64,000 bases of DNA. Origin: a virus. Taxonomy: Duplodnaviria; Heunggongvirae; Uroviricota; Caudoviricetes. The stretch lies in IMG/VR virus record IMGVR_UViG_2718218136_000001; one strand, given 5' to 3'. The notes beneath the pieces were generated by a model. That model had not been told where the DNA came from and did no database searches. It saw nothing but the letters and a program-made list of their open reading frames with translations. Positions 1 to 9,953 of this stretch are shown here, piece after piece (within the stretch, counting starts at the first letter, position 1; the number at the start of each line of letters is the position of its first letter). Position numbers and translations under genes: made by a program.

Positions 1-175
1 TCCATCAACTTCGACAGAGAACTGCCATCCTTGCGCGAACAGCATTTTGTTCATGATGATTGACGTCAGCTTACCAACTTCCCGCTCACCAACGCCGGAG
101 CCAAATAATGTCGTCGTTAATGCCGAAGATACATAAGACTTTACTGAAGCAACATTAAGCCCCATATCAGCCCCC

Positions 176-766
<591 letters not shown>

Positions 767-822
767 TTAACAGATTCTACGAGTTGTCATTTGTGACAGT
801 ATGCTCGCAATCGTAGTGATTA

Positions 823-1362
823 CTACCACCAACTGCTAGCTTTCTTCTCTCTAGCTTTTCCTTCGCTTTGCAGTAAATCTTTACTTCCTGTAGAAATATT
901 TCTATTTGCATCAGCCTCAGACTGAATTACATCTGTCTTAGCTGCTCTCTCCTTCAACTCCTGCTCTATAAAATCGTTTTCTCGCTGGACACGAGCCGCT
1001 TTTGCTTGCAGTTCGAGTTTCATGCTTTCGAGTTGCAGCTTGCGAAGCTCATCCTCATAAGCTTGATCTCGCTTCTTGTCATTTGCTAGCTCGGCTTCTC
1101 GTTTCGCTCTACGTTCATTTTCTGCAGCAACACGCTGTTTTTCGCGTGCAGCAGCGGCAGATGCTGCTTTTTCTCTTCTAATACGTTCAGCTTGTTCTTG
1201 TTGGCGAATAAGTTCTTTTCTGGCATCCTCAGCTTGCTGCTCTTTAGCTCGCCCTTCATTTTCCGCTTGAGCAATAGCAGCAATTTGACTTTGCAACGAG
1301 TTAGCCAAGGCAGTGCCTACACTAAACGTAGAAAAGATTAGAAATAAAATAATTTTATTCAT
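823..1362 (-). CDS. secreted coiled-coil protein with N-terminal signal peptide
   Basis: N-terminus MNKIILFLIFSTFSVGTALA is signal-peptide-like; remainder is highly charged E/Q/R/K-rich, consistent with a periplasmic coiled coil. Confidence 0.5.
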   Translation of the reverse strand: MNKIILFLIFSTFSVGTALANSLQSQIAAIAQAENEGRAKEQQAEDARKELIRQQEQAERIRREKAASAAAAREKQRVAAENERRAKREAELANDKKRDQAYEDELRKLQLESMKLELQAKAARVQRENDFIEQELKERAAKTDVIQSEADANRNISTGSKDLLQSEGKAREKKASSWW

Positions 1363-1365
1363 AAA

Positions 1366-1887
1366 TTATTTCTTTTCTGGACAAGTAGCATTTGGCTGAA
1401 TTCGAGTTTCATTATCTTTAGTTGAAATAAGCACAGCAAGCCCCGTTGTAAACTGGCATGCTTTACCAACTTGAGTTGAAGTGAACACCTTAGTTCCTTC
1501 TTTATAAGTCAGTGAAACACCTTCAACAATTGTTTTATCACTAACCAAAGAACCAGCCGCTGCACCAAGAGCCGCACCACCAGTACCGCCAGCTACAGCA
1601 CCCAGTGTCGATGTGCCTTTAACATTATAACCGGCAACGCCCCCAGCAACAGCTCCCAGTACCGCACCAAATGTCTGTGCCGCTTCTTTATTAGCTTTAT
1701 TATCAACTTTCACTTTAGCTGGAAGCACAGAGATAATATTGACTGTCTTTGTTTCCTGCTTCGAATTCAATTGAGCGGTATCATAAACATCGGCAGCATA
1801 ATCAGCACCGCTAGATTGACACCCAGAAAGAAGAATTGCAGATACAACAAGAGCGCATAAAGTATACTTTTTAGACATAAGAATCAT
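1366..1887 (-). CDS. lipoprotein with glycine-zipper domain (SlyB/17-kDa-antigen-like)
   Basis: Lipobox LLSGC after a hydrophobic N-terminus; GxxxG-rich segment GAVLGAVAGGVAG...GAVAGGTGGAALGAAAG; true start probably the internal Met of MSKKYTL. Confidence 0.55.
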   Translation of the reverse strand: MILMSKKYTLCALVVSAILLSGCQSSGADYAADVYDTAQLNSKQETKTVNIISVLPAKVKVDNKANKEAAQTFGAVLGAVAGGVAGYNVKGTSTLGAVAGGTGGAALGAAAGSLVSDKTIVEGVSLTYKEGTKVFTSTQVGKACQFTTGLAVLISTKDNETRIQPNATCPEKK

Positions 1888-2168
1888 CCCAGAAAAACAA
1901 AAACCGGCGAGAAGTTACCACGAGAACGGAAAGTAAACAAGAATACTCCCATTGACTTATATCAAATAATCAACTTTTTATAAGCTATCCCTAACTTATT
2001 GTGTATAGCTGAAAAGTCAGAGATAAGTTCACCATCTGCATTATTTCTTAAGTTAATAGTTTATTGCTAACTTAATTTATGTATCGACTATTGATATCCA
2101 TCTTAAAGTAACAATATCCCTCTGCATTATTTTTCATCACAAATAATACATCTATTGCACTACGCTCA

Positions 2169-2185
2169 CCTGCTCTAATAAATTT
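2169..2185 (+). promoter_or_regulatory. C1 operator-like site upstream of the immI module
   Basis: cctgctctaataaattt resembles the asymmetric 17-bp C1 operator ATTGCTCTAATAAATTT. Confidence 0.45.
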
Positions 2186-2374
2186 GTATTTTTAAGTCGC
2201 GAATGCTATCTTTTCGCATCATATTGACCTTTTAATCGTTCAGGCTTATAGTTTCGCCGTCGTAGCAAATTCTGCGACCAGGTTTGACAGCCTGAATGAT
2301 TGTGCGGACAACCGCAGATTTCCGATATTGCGGTATTTTTGTGTCCGTTAAACCGCGTTACGCCCAAATTATGG

Positions 2375-2465
2375 TGGGGCGTGATGGGGAGGCTTCGGCC
2401 TGCTGGTTTCACAATCGCCAGTCTGTCAACCCTGTCACGTCCTGCCACCTGTTTGACAGCGGGTA
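2375..2465 (+). ncRNA. candidate c4-like antisense repressor RNA (boundaries approximate)
   Basis: Immediately upstream of icd; contains tcacaatc (2409-2416) and ggcct complementary to gattgtga and the RBS region (2482-2495) in the icd leader, matching the a'/b' versus a2/b2 logic of P1 c4. Confidence 0.35.
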
Positions 2466-2499
2466 GCAGGTTGTTAAACCTGATTGTGAGGCCGTAACT

Positions 2500-2721
2500 A
2501 TGGTTAATGCCAATCCTTGCGCACGCCCAGAATTCATCTGGCGTTTCTATTCCTGTAAAAAACACCACTATCACTTCGTTATCGCAGCAACTGAAGACGA
2601 AGCACGCTCTCAATTGCCTGATGGCCCCTGCATTTTTACTGCCCGTTTTTCAACTAACTCGCGCAATTCACTTAGTTACTGGAGCCTCCCCTTCTCTGCC
2701 GACGTTCAGGGGGGTTTATGA
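2500..2721 (+). CDS. icd: Icd-like cell-division interference protein
   Basis: 73-aa ORF whose stop overlaps the ant start (ATGA); position between the c4-like region and ant matches P1 immI. Confidence 0.75.
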   Translation: MVNANPCARPEFIWRFYSCKKHHYHFVIAATEDEARSQLPDGPCIFTARFSTNSRNSLSYWSLPFSADVQGGL

Positions 2722-3752
2722 AAACACCTCTCGTCACCCGTAATGAAATAGCCGAAGCGATCGCCCTGCATACTGCCTGTATGCCGACACGGGAGATCCC
2801 CGGCGCAATTGCTAACTATTTCATGATAACCAGACGTTTTTATACCCGAACAGATAAGGCTGTGATCAACAGGCTACTGATAGCCGAGATCAGGGATTAT
2901 TTGATTGAACAAGGACGTCTACGTTACGCAACAGTGGCAGCAGAAATGAGAAAGGAGGCACATAGAATGACCGGTAATAATTTAAATGTTGAAAAACCAG
3001 CACCTGTTGCTTCAGCTACGCCAGCACCAGCCCTGAATGTCATCCCCAACACCGGAGACACAATCGACAGCCAAACATTGTTGAAGATGGTCAATGAGGC
3101 ACGGAAATTATGTAGCGAAAAACCAGTTCGCAACAATGATTTCATTGCCAGAGTTAAGGATGAGCTTGAAGGAGAAACCTACGAAATTTTCGTAGGTCAA
3201 AAAAACGGCGCAGTAATAGATATTATAACCATGACCTACAAACAAGCCCTGCGAGTTGCCGCGCGCGAGTCAAAAGCGGTCCGCCGTTCGCTGATCGACA
3301 AACTGGAAGAATTGCAGCAGGCAAACTCCCCTACCCCATCGATCCCCCAAACATTACCAGAAGCTCTACGCCTGGCTGCCGAGTTGGCAGAACAGAAAAT
3401 GCAGTTGGAACAACAGCTGGTGGCCGCAGCCCCTAAAGTCGATTTTGCCGACCGGGTATCAGCGGCTAATGGAATCCTGATCGGGGACTTTGCAAAGGTC
3501 GTTGGACTTAAGCAAAACGCCCTTTTCTCATGGTTGCGCCAGAACGGCATTCTCATGGCTTTTGGTGCGCGCAAAAACGTACCGCGCCAGCAGTACATTA
3601 ACGCCGGGTATTTCACGGTGAAAGAAGTGGTGCTGGATGATGAAAATGGCTACCAGATACGGCTGACGCCCCAATTAACGGGTAAAGGCCAGCAGTGGTT
3701 AACTAGCAAGCTACTTGATGCTGGTTTGTTAAAACCAGTAGCAATAGGTTAA
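2718..3752 (+). CDS. ant: antirepressor Ant (Ant1/Ant2 in-frame pair expected)
   Basis: 344 aa; C-terminal region shares the KilA-C/antirepressor block (PQTLPEALRLAAELAEQK...GKGQQWL) with the KilA ORF and the second ant-like ORF in this window. Confidence 0.75.
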   Translation: MKTPLVTRNEIAEAIALHTACMPTREIPGAIANYFMITRRFYTRTDKAVINRLLIAEIRDYLIEQGRLRYATVAAEMRKEAHRMTGNNLNVEKPAPVASATPAPALNVIPNTGDTIDSQTLLKMVNEARKLCSEKPVRNNDFIARVKDELEGETYEIFVGQKNGAVIDIITMTYKQALRVAARESKAVRRSLIDKLEELQQANSPTPSIPQTLPEALRLAAELAEQKMQLEQQLVAAAPKVDFADRVSAANGILIGDFAKVVGLKQNALFSWLRQNGILMAFGARKNVPRQQYINAGYFTVKEVVLDDENGYQIRLTPQLTGKGQQWLTSKLLDAGLLKPVAIG

Positions 3753-3829
3753 CAAAAGAAAAAACCTGCCAGCTAACTGGCAGGTTTCTGAGCAGATCGA
3801 CCAACCCGATCTGGATCGAGTTAGAAAAA

Positions 3830-3846
3830 TTTGCTCTAATAAATTT
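3830..3846 (+). promoter_or_regulatory. C1 operator upstream of kilA-repL
   Basis: tttgctctaataaattt, one mismatch to the C1 operator consensus, about 70 bp before the kilA start. Confidence 0.6.
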
Positions 3847-3915
3847 CGTTTTCTAAGTGCAAAGAATCACCATTTCGAGCTGGTGATTGAAGGTTGATGC
3901 AAATTTGGAGAAAAA

Positions 3916-4716
3916 ATGCAACAAACATTCAATGCGGATATGAATATATCAAACCTTCATCAAAATGTCGATCCTTCAACCACCCTGCCTGTTATTTGTG
4001 GTGTTGAAATTACGACCGACCGCGCTGGCCGTTATAACCTTAATGCTCTACACAGAGCGAGCGGACTCGGTGCCCATAAAGCGCCAGCTCAATGGCTAAG
4101 AACGCTGTCAGCCAAACAGCTCATCGAAGAGCTTGAAAAAGAAACTATGCAGAATTGCATAGTTTCGTTCGAAGGCCGTGGCGGCGGCACTTTTGCCCAT
4201 GAATTGCTCGCAGTGGAGTACGCTGGTTGGATTTCTCCCGCGTTTCGGCTGAAGGTAAACCAGACATTTATCGACTATCGAGCTGGAAGATTACAACCTG
4301 CTATTCCGAAGAGCCTCCCAGAAGCTCTCCGTTTGGCTGCTGACCTGGCAGAGCAAAAGCAACGGCTGGAGCAAAAAATGCTGATGGATGCACCTAAAGT
4401 CGAATTCGCCGAACGCGTTGCTACCGCCAGCGGGGTTCTAATCGGCAACTATGCCAAAGTGCTCGGCCTGGGCCAAAACTATCTCTTCACCTGGTTGCGT
4501 GATAACGGAATTCTGATCGCAACCGGTGAACGCAGAAACGTCCCCAAACAAGAATACATATCCCGTGGGTATTTCACCCTTAAAGAAACCGTGATCGATA
4601 CAAGCAATGGAAGCAGGATTTCTTTCACGACTCGTATAACCGGCAAAGGTCAGCAGTGGCTGATGAAGCGATTGCTTGATGCTGGTGTGCTGGTACCTGT
4701 CGCGGCAACGCGCTAA
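3916..4716 (+). CDS. kilA: KilA (KilA-N plus KilA-C domains)
   Basis: 266 aa, the length recalled for P1 KilA; antirepressor-like C-terminal block; immediately upstream of repL. Confidence 0.8.
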   Translation: MQQTFNADMNISNLHQNVDPSTTLPVICGVEITTDRAGRYNLNALHRASGLGAHKAPAQWLRTLSAKQLIEELEKETMQNCIVSFEGRGGGTFAHELLAVEYAGWISPAFRLKVNQTFIDYRAGRLQPAIPKSLPEALRLAADLAEQKQRLEQKMLMDAPKVEFAERVATASGVLIGNYAKVLGLGQNYLFTWLRDNGILIATGERRNVPKQEYISRGYFTLKETVIDTSNGSRISFTTRITGKGQQWLMKRLLDAGVLVPVAATR

Positions 4717-4745
4717 CAGACGTAGTAAGAACCACCAGCATTGTA

Positions 4746-5591
4746 ATGCTGGCTAAAGTCACTTTCCTGAGCTGTATAACGATGAGCGATTTTACTTTTT
4801 CTGGCTATGAATTGGCCTGCTTTGTAACACACTCCGGTCTATCCCGTAGCGCCGGGCATATCCTGTCGCAATGTGCAAATCTCGCGGCAACAACCAGTGA
4901 ATACTTCATTCACAAGCCTCACCGCCTGATCGCGGCAGAAACTGGTTATAGCCAATCAACCGTCGTTCGTGCATTCCGTGAAGCTGTAAACAAAGGAATT
5001 CTGTCTGTAGAGATTGTTATCGGCGATCACCGTGAACGTCGCGCTAACCTGTACCGGTTTACACCATCCTTTTTGGCCTTCGCACAACAAGCCAAAAATG
5101 CGCTGATTGAAAGCAAATTAAAGATCTCTTCAGCGGCAACCAAGGTTAAAGCTGTTCTCGCTAAGACATTGGCTTTATTTAATTTTTTATCCACACCCCC
5201 ATGTCAAAATGATACCCCCTCCCCCTGTCAGGATGACGTGGCAATAAAGAATAAGAAGTCACAAGTTAAAAAAACAAAAAGATCAGTTTCCGGCGGTGCC
5301 GGAACGACCAGACTCAAAAAATTGACTTCATGGATCGCTGAGGCAAAAGCAAAGGCTGACAATCTGCGGTTATCCAAAAAACGCGCTCAAAAACATGAGT
5401 TCAAGCAGAAAGTAGAGGCGGCAGCGCGGAAATATGCTTACCTGAAGGACAAGCGTTCTCCTGATATTGGCGGGATATCAAACTTCGATAATCTGCCGCA
5501 TTGCATGACGGTAAACGAAGCTCTTAATGCGGTTTTAGCCAAAAATAAAGATAACGAACAATGGGGTATACCGGCAGGATTCAGAGGGTGA
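4746..5591 (+). CDS. repL: lytic replication initiator RepL (oriL expected inside the gene)
   Basis: 281 aa, the length recalled for P1 RepL; follows kilA under the same C1 operator. Confidence 0.75.
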   Translation: MLAKVTFLSCITMSDFTFSGYELACFVTHSGLSRSAGHILSQCANLAATTSEYFIHKPHRLIAAETGYSQSTVVRAFREAVNKGILSVEIVIGDHRERRANLYRFTPSFLAFAQQAKNALIESKLKISSAATKVKAVLAKTLALFNFLSTPPCQNDTPSPCQDDVAIKNKKSQVKKTKRSVSGGAGTTRLKKLTSWIAEAKAKADNLRLSKKRAQKHEFKQKVEAAARKYAYLKDKRSPDIGGISNFDNLPHCMTVNEALNAVLAKNKDNEQWGIPAGFRG

Positions 5592-5887
5592 TAGATTGCT
5601 CTAATCTGGAGTCACCTGGCGTTTTCAGTTTGAGGTCGGAGATGCAATCTGATTTTTTACAGTTAGCGATCGCTTTTGCAGGATATGTTTGTATTGGCTT
5701 CTGTGTATACATGATCAGCCGAAAAATGCTTGTCGATATCGACCGCAAAGAACAAGCAGAGGAGATCTTAGTATGGATTTTCTTTGGCGCGGTCTGGCCA
5801 TTAGGGATCATGTTTGCTGCAACATTTCTTCTGATGTGGATATTCACCCTTCCAGGTGATTTCTATAGAAAAAAAGCCAGACATTGA
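5561..5887 (+). CDS. small hypothetical membrane protein
   Basis: Two hydrophobic helices (IAFAGYVCIGFCVYMI, ILVWIFFGAVWPLGIMFAATFLLMWIF); start likely an internal Met. Confidence 0.35.
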   Translation: MGYTGRIQRVIDCSNLESPGVFSLRSEMQSDFLQLAIAFAGYVCIGFCVYMISRKMLVDIDRKEQAEEILVWIFFGAVWPLGIMFAATFLLMWIFTLPGDFYRKKARH

Positions 5888-6010
5888 TACAATCGTTGCG
5901 GGTGCTTGAGGCTATCTGCTTCAGGCATTACCCGAAAAGCAGATAGAAGAAAGCCCCAGATAACATTACGCGTCCTGCAAGACGCTTAACATTAATCTGA
6001 GGCCATATCT

Positions 6011-6217
6011 ATGCTTAGCATACGTAGATTAGCCTCTTACCGACCAAAAGGTCAAGGAGAAGCAGGCTATGAAGCAGCAAAAAGCGATGTTAATCGCTCT
6101 GATCGTCATCTGTTTAACCGTCATTGTGACGGCACTGGTAACGAGGAAAGACCTCTGCGAGGTACGAATCCGAACCGGCCAGACGGAGGTCACTGTCTTC
6201 ACAGCCTACGAATCTGA
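6011..6217 (+). CDS. mok-like overlapping reading frame of the hok-like locus
   Basis: 68-aa ORF starting upstream of and overlapping the hok-like ORF in another frame, as in hok/mok/sok loci. Confidence 0.3.
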   Translation: MLSIRRLASYRPKGQGEAGYEAAKSDVNRSDRHLFNRHCDGTGNEERPLRGTNPNRPDGGHCLHSLRI

Positions 6218-6224
6218 AAGGTAA
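6069..6224 (+). CDS. hok: Hok/Gef-family type I toxin
   Basis: 51 aa MKQQKAMLIALIVICLTVIVTALVTRKDLCEVRIRTGQTEVTVFTAYESER; hydrophobic N-terminus followed by the conserved LTRK-LCE-R-R-G--EV--F-AYES pattern. Confidence 0.7.
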   Translation: MKQQKAMLIALIVICLTVIVTALVTRKDLCEVRIRTGQTEVTVFTAYESER

Positions 6225-6301
6225 GAGACCTGGCGGGGAGAGATCCCTGCCACTCTTCGTGTGTCAGGTATCCTCAATGCACCCTTTCCTCTCCAAATAA
6301 A

Positions 6302-6321
6302 AAAGCTCCCGAAGGAGCTTT
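6302..6321. terminator. bidirectional hairpin terminator between the hok-like gene and the minus-strand virion block
   Basis: aaagctcc cgaa ggagcttt perfect inverted repeat flanked by A/T runs on both sides. Confidence 0.5.
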
Positions 6322-6340
6322 AAAATACAAGGGATGACTC

Positions 6341-6850
6341 TTAAGCCCACTCAATCCAGTTGTAGACGATACGAAGTGACGGGCGCACAGCGGCAGTCAC
6401 ATCTTCGGTACTAAAGTCGATTGCATCACTGTAGATTTTGCAGTCCAACATTTCAATTGTTGTAGCAGCTTTTGTCACAGCGTTAACCCCGGAAGATTTG
6501 GATTCAGGGGTCGCAGCCATCGTGATATCAACATAGTCCTTCGCCGCAATGCGATCTTTAATGAACTGAAGAATATCGCCTTCGATAGTCTCCACGCACT
6601 GGACCTGGATTTCCCCAGAGTTTCGAATTGGACCGTGCTGGTTGAACTTCACACCATTCGGACCATAGTCCTCCACATCCTCGCGGGTCATTTCAGGAAT
6701 TTGCGACGTGCGAACCAGTACGCTGATATCTTCATGGCCTGCAAAAGTGAGCTGGAATTCAGAAGATACCAGTCGTTCGCCTTTGGCCGCGTTGGCAGTA
6801 TAGCGGCCCTTAATAAATTTACGGTTTCCCTTAGTGTTATTGTGCCCCAT
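6341..6850 (-). CDS. putative virion structural protein (tail-tube-sized)
   Basis: 169-aa ORF in a co-directional late-gene block; no diagnostic motif. Confidence 0.4.
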   Translation of the reverse strand: MGHNNTKGNRKFIKGRYTANAAKGERLVSSEFQLTFAGHEDISVLVRTSQIPEMTREDVEDYGPNGVKFNQHGPIRNSGEIQVQCVETIEGDILQFIKDRIAAKDYVDITMAATPESKSSGVNAVTKAATTIEMLDCKIYSDAIDFSTEDVTAAVRPSLRIVYNWIEWA

Positions 6851-6861
6851 ATAAAATCCTT

Positions 6862-7443
6862 TTACTGGAACGCCCGAACAATATCGGAGCTGTTATATAT
6901 CGAAGAACCGGTCAACTGGAGGTTGACGGTGTTTTTCAGGAAATGCCCATTGCTGTCCCTGGGCGCATCGAGATCGAAACTTATGTCCTGGATAGCGACA
7001 TCAATGATGTTGATCCGGCGACCAATGTTTAGCGTCACACGCTCCGGGATTCGACCACCAATACTGGCATCTTTAAGTTCCGGGCTAATCATCGCTGACA
7101 ATGCGGCGATAGCTCCTGAAACCTCCGTGAATGGGTCAAACAAAGCGATGAAAGTTACTGGCAGCGTGAAAGTCGGCGGTGTTCCCCCCTCCCAAACCAT
7201 TAAGCTGTTCCAACGGGCCACCGACGTTGTTTCAGTACCAACCTGCGCAAAACCACTGAAAGCACCAGCAACAGACCCCATGGACATACCGGTAAACGGC
7301 GCTTCCCAATTCTGGGCCATGTTCATTGCTGCCCCCTGGCTGATATATCCGGTAACCTGGTACTGAGAGTTCGTTAAAGTAACTTTCAGAAATGGCGATA
7401 CACCGTCAGCCTGGCTGTAAACCCCATAAGGAATAGGTGCCAT
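6862..7443 (-). CDS. putative virion structural protein
   Basis: 193-aa ORF tightly packed in the same block. Confidence 0.4.
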   Translation of the reverse strand: MAPIPYGVYSQADGVSPFLKVTLTNSQYQVTGYISQGAAMNMAQNWEAPFTGMSMGSVAGAFSGFAQVGTETTSVARWNSLMVWEGGTPPTFTLPVTFIALFDPFTEVSGAIAALSAMISPELKDASIGGRIPERVTLNIGRRINIIDVAIQDISFDLDAPRDSNGHFLKNTVNLQLTGSSIYNSSDIVRAFQ

Positions 7444-7478
7444 TCAAGTTAAAGGCCGGAGTTCTCCGGCCTCCTCCT

Positions 7479-8294
7479 TTAGCCAAGGCGCTTACGGCGC
7501 AGTTTCATTGACTTTTTGCGGGCAAGTTTTGCCGCGCCGGTCTGGGCTTTTCGACGCGCTTTTTTCAGCGCCGATTTTTGAGCCGCAGTCAGACGTTTTT
7601 TACGCAGGCGTTTACGGATGAGTTTGATCTCACCGTTACGAACAACCTTCTTAAATGCTTCAGTCAGCATTTCATCAGAAGTGCCAGCAACAACAAACGC
7701 CGCTTCCAGTTCGTCGCGGTCGTCGCTATCTAAACCAGCGATAGAGGCACCAACATCAGCAGCTGCGTCGTCGTCTTCATCGTCAGCCAGTGCTTCGATC
7801 AGGTCATCATCTACACCGCATGCTGCGAGGAAGTCAGCAACATTTGCCCATGCTTCGTTATAGGCATCGTCCTGTTCTTCTGTAACTTCGGAGTCTTCGT
7901 CATCAGAGATACCAGCGATAGCCTGAACGAAACCATCAAGGGAGTCGAAAGTCAGATCACCGCTATCAGCCCAGGCGAAAACGGCGTCGGCCGCATCACT
8001 CAACGCATTCTGCATAGCACTTCGATTTGCAGCTTCCAGAATCATCTGGTGCGCCTGTTCGACGGTCCATTCTTTACCGTCTTTCCCTTCCAGGATTTGC
8101 TCAGGAGCCGTGGCAGATGGAACGTTATCGTTAGTCTGTGCCGCCGGTTTCGGATTATTATTAATAACCGGATCTGTTGTCGGTTCGGCGCTTGCTCGGG
8201 CAGACTCCATCAACTGCACAGGATCAGAGTTCAAAGCGAAACGAGACAGTCCATTCCCCAAAAATGCCCCGGATTGAAAAAAGTTTTTGCTCAT
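7479..8294 (-). CDS. acidic protein with a strongly basic C-terminal tail (possible scaffold or internal virion protein)
   Basis: D/E-rich central region and C-terminal KRLRKKRLTAAQKSALKKARRK...RRKRLG. Confidence 0.45.
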   Translation of the reverse strand: MSKNFFQSGAFLGNGLSRFALNSDPVQLMESARASAEPTTDPVINNNPKPAAQTNDNVPSATAPEQILEGKDGKEWTVEQAHQMILEAANRSAMQNALSDAADAVFAWADSGDLTFDSLDGFVQAIAGISDDEDSEVTEEQDDAYNEAWANVADFLAACGVDDDLIEALADDEDDDAAADVGASIAGLDSDDRDELEAAFVVAGTSDEMLTEAFKKVVRNGEIKLIRKRLRKKRLTAAQKSALKKARRKAQTGAAKLARKKSMKLRRKRLG

Positions 8295-8303
8295 TGTATT
8301 TCC

Positions 8304-9893
8304 TTACTTAATAAGCAGCGGTACGCCCTGGATGCGACGGGCTACGCCAGTCGGGCAGCAGGCCCAGACTACTTCCCATTTATCGAATTCCGCCTGCGTA
8401 ACTTTCAGCACATACGGTTCTGTACCGTCAGCATCAGGATCACGAGGAGCCACCAGAGCGCCGGAGGCGACAAAGCGATCTAAAAGTTTGGTCATCCCTT
8501 TAGTCAGGCCAGCCGCAGTAATACCGTCCGGGCTATGCTTCATCTGTCGGGCTAACTGGACAAAGAAACGGCTGATTGCATTCATCAGGGATGGGACGTG
8601 CTGGAAGTGCAGATAGTTATCCTGCGTGCAGCAAGTTAAAGCATCATCGATGATCATCTGGCCCGAAGTACCTACAGATACTTTATTGAGTCGGCCCTTG
8701 ACCATAGCTTCTTCGTCCGGGGTGTCTTCAGGATACAGCGGCTGAAGTGATGCACGAGCTATGACGGCACGTTCTTCACCAGCCGGTGAGTAATGCCAAC
8801 CGCCGACATCGGAGTTTTTCCTGACGCCACGAGCTTTCGCCGCATACGCCGCGCCAGACAGACCGAAGACCACGCGGGATTGGGTCCATTTGTCTTTGCA
8901 GGAGAACGGGAAATGATAGACAGCACAGCTTACATAATCGGTACCAAGTAAACCGGTATCTTCAACAGCAGAGATCGCTTCCGTGTACGTCAATGTCGGT
9001 TTGACATCAAAGAAGCCATCAATCAGGCGATCAGAACAGATATTACCTAACGCAGTGATCGCCGCATTGTCATAGCACCCCAGGCCGAGAACAGCGGTGT
9101 ACATGTACGGCGCATTGTTCAGCACTTTCACCGCACGCAGGTACGCAGCGGTTGAGATTTTCGACTGATCGCCGTTGGTACCGCCAGTGAACGCCAACGA
9201 TTTTTTGTTTGTTACTTTCGCTGTCGAAATCAGCTCTTCATTAACAACCGCGCGCAGATATTTAGAACGGGCTTCCAGAGCCGTAGGCAGATAACACAAG
9301 CGGCCCATGTCATCTTTCGCTTCTTCCGCCAAAGACACAGTGTGTGTCTCCAGGGTCGTTACCACGCCGAGCGAAGTCGTCTGGGTCAGTTTTAAGAGGA
9401 AGCGTTCATTACCCGCGCTGTCCGCTGTTGCCGTTTCGATGGTTAACTCACGGGTAGGTGAAATACACGGATCACCATCATCAACGTAGATAGCAAAGGC
9501 TTCGCCACTATCAAGTTCAATTTCAGAACCGTATGGCAACGCACTGTAAGCCGGTTCGCCTGATTCATCGAACATAATAATCGGGAACTTCGCATCATCC
9601 GGAACAGCGCGAACAACATAACCAGACGTTTGCTGAATAGCTTCGTATACATGGCGAATTGGTTCGAACTGTGAGCCGGAAGACGGCTTCAGCGGTTCGC
9701 CGAGAACATCTTCGTAATTGGACTCAGTAACCGCAAGAACAGTAAACGGCTTGCCACGCGCAAATACGCCAATACCAGCCCACAAGCTGCTATTTAATGC
9801 AACACCGGTAGATAACGTCGCATCGGCATTGATCGGGCTAACAGCGACGCCGGATGCATTACCTAATGACTGTTGAATTGAATATTGAGACAT
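8304..9893 (-). CDS. putative tail sheath protein (P1 gp22-like by position and size)
   Basis: 529 aa, adjacent to the putative major head gene and upstream of parS as in P1; assignment is positional. Confidence 0.45.
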   Translation of the reverse strand: MSQYSIQQSLGNASGVAVSPINADATLSTGVALNSSLWAGIGVFARGKPFTVLAVTESNYEDVLGEPLKPSSGSQFEPIRHVYEAIQQTSGYVVRAVPDDAKFPIIMFDESGEPAYSALPYGSEIELDSGEAFAIYVDDGDPCISPTRELTIETATADSAGNERFLLKLTQTTSLGVVTTLETHTVSLAEEAKDDMGRLCYLPTALEARSKYLRAVVNEELISTAKVTNKKSLAFTGGTNGDQSKISTAAYLRAVKVLNNAPYMYTAVLGLGCYDNAAITALGNICSDRLIDGFFDVKPTLTYTEAISAVEDTGLLGTDYVSCAVYHFPFSCKDKWTQSRVVFGLSGAAYAAKARGVRKNSDVGGWHYSPAGEERAVIARASLQPLYPEDTPDEEAMVKGRLNKVSVGTSGQMIIDDALTCCTQDNYLHFQHVPSLMNAISRFFVQLARQMKHSPDGITAAGLTKGMTKLLDRFVASGALVAPRDPDADGTEPYVLKVTQAEFDKWEVVWACCPTGVARRIQGVPLLIK

Positions 9894-9953
9894 AACTTTC
9901 CCTGTTATGCGCCCCGCACGGGGGCGCTATGTTAAACGGAGAACTTCCCCTGA

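Noticed and set aside
1076-1283. Two 64-65-aa ORFs inside the secreted coiled-coil gene
   Set aside because: They are produced by the low-complexity GCA/GCT-rich coding sequence of the 823-1362 gene read in other frames
2206-2613. 135-aa minus-strand ORF overlapping the c4-like region and icd
   Set aside because: It is antisense to the conserved icd gene and its leader and has no RBS or known homolog; most likely a spurious ORF
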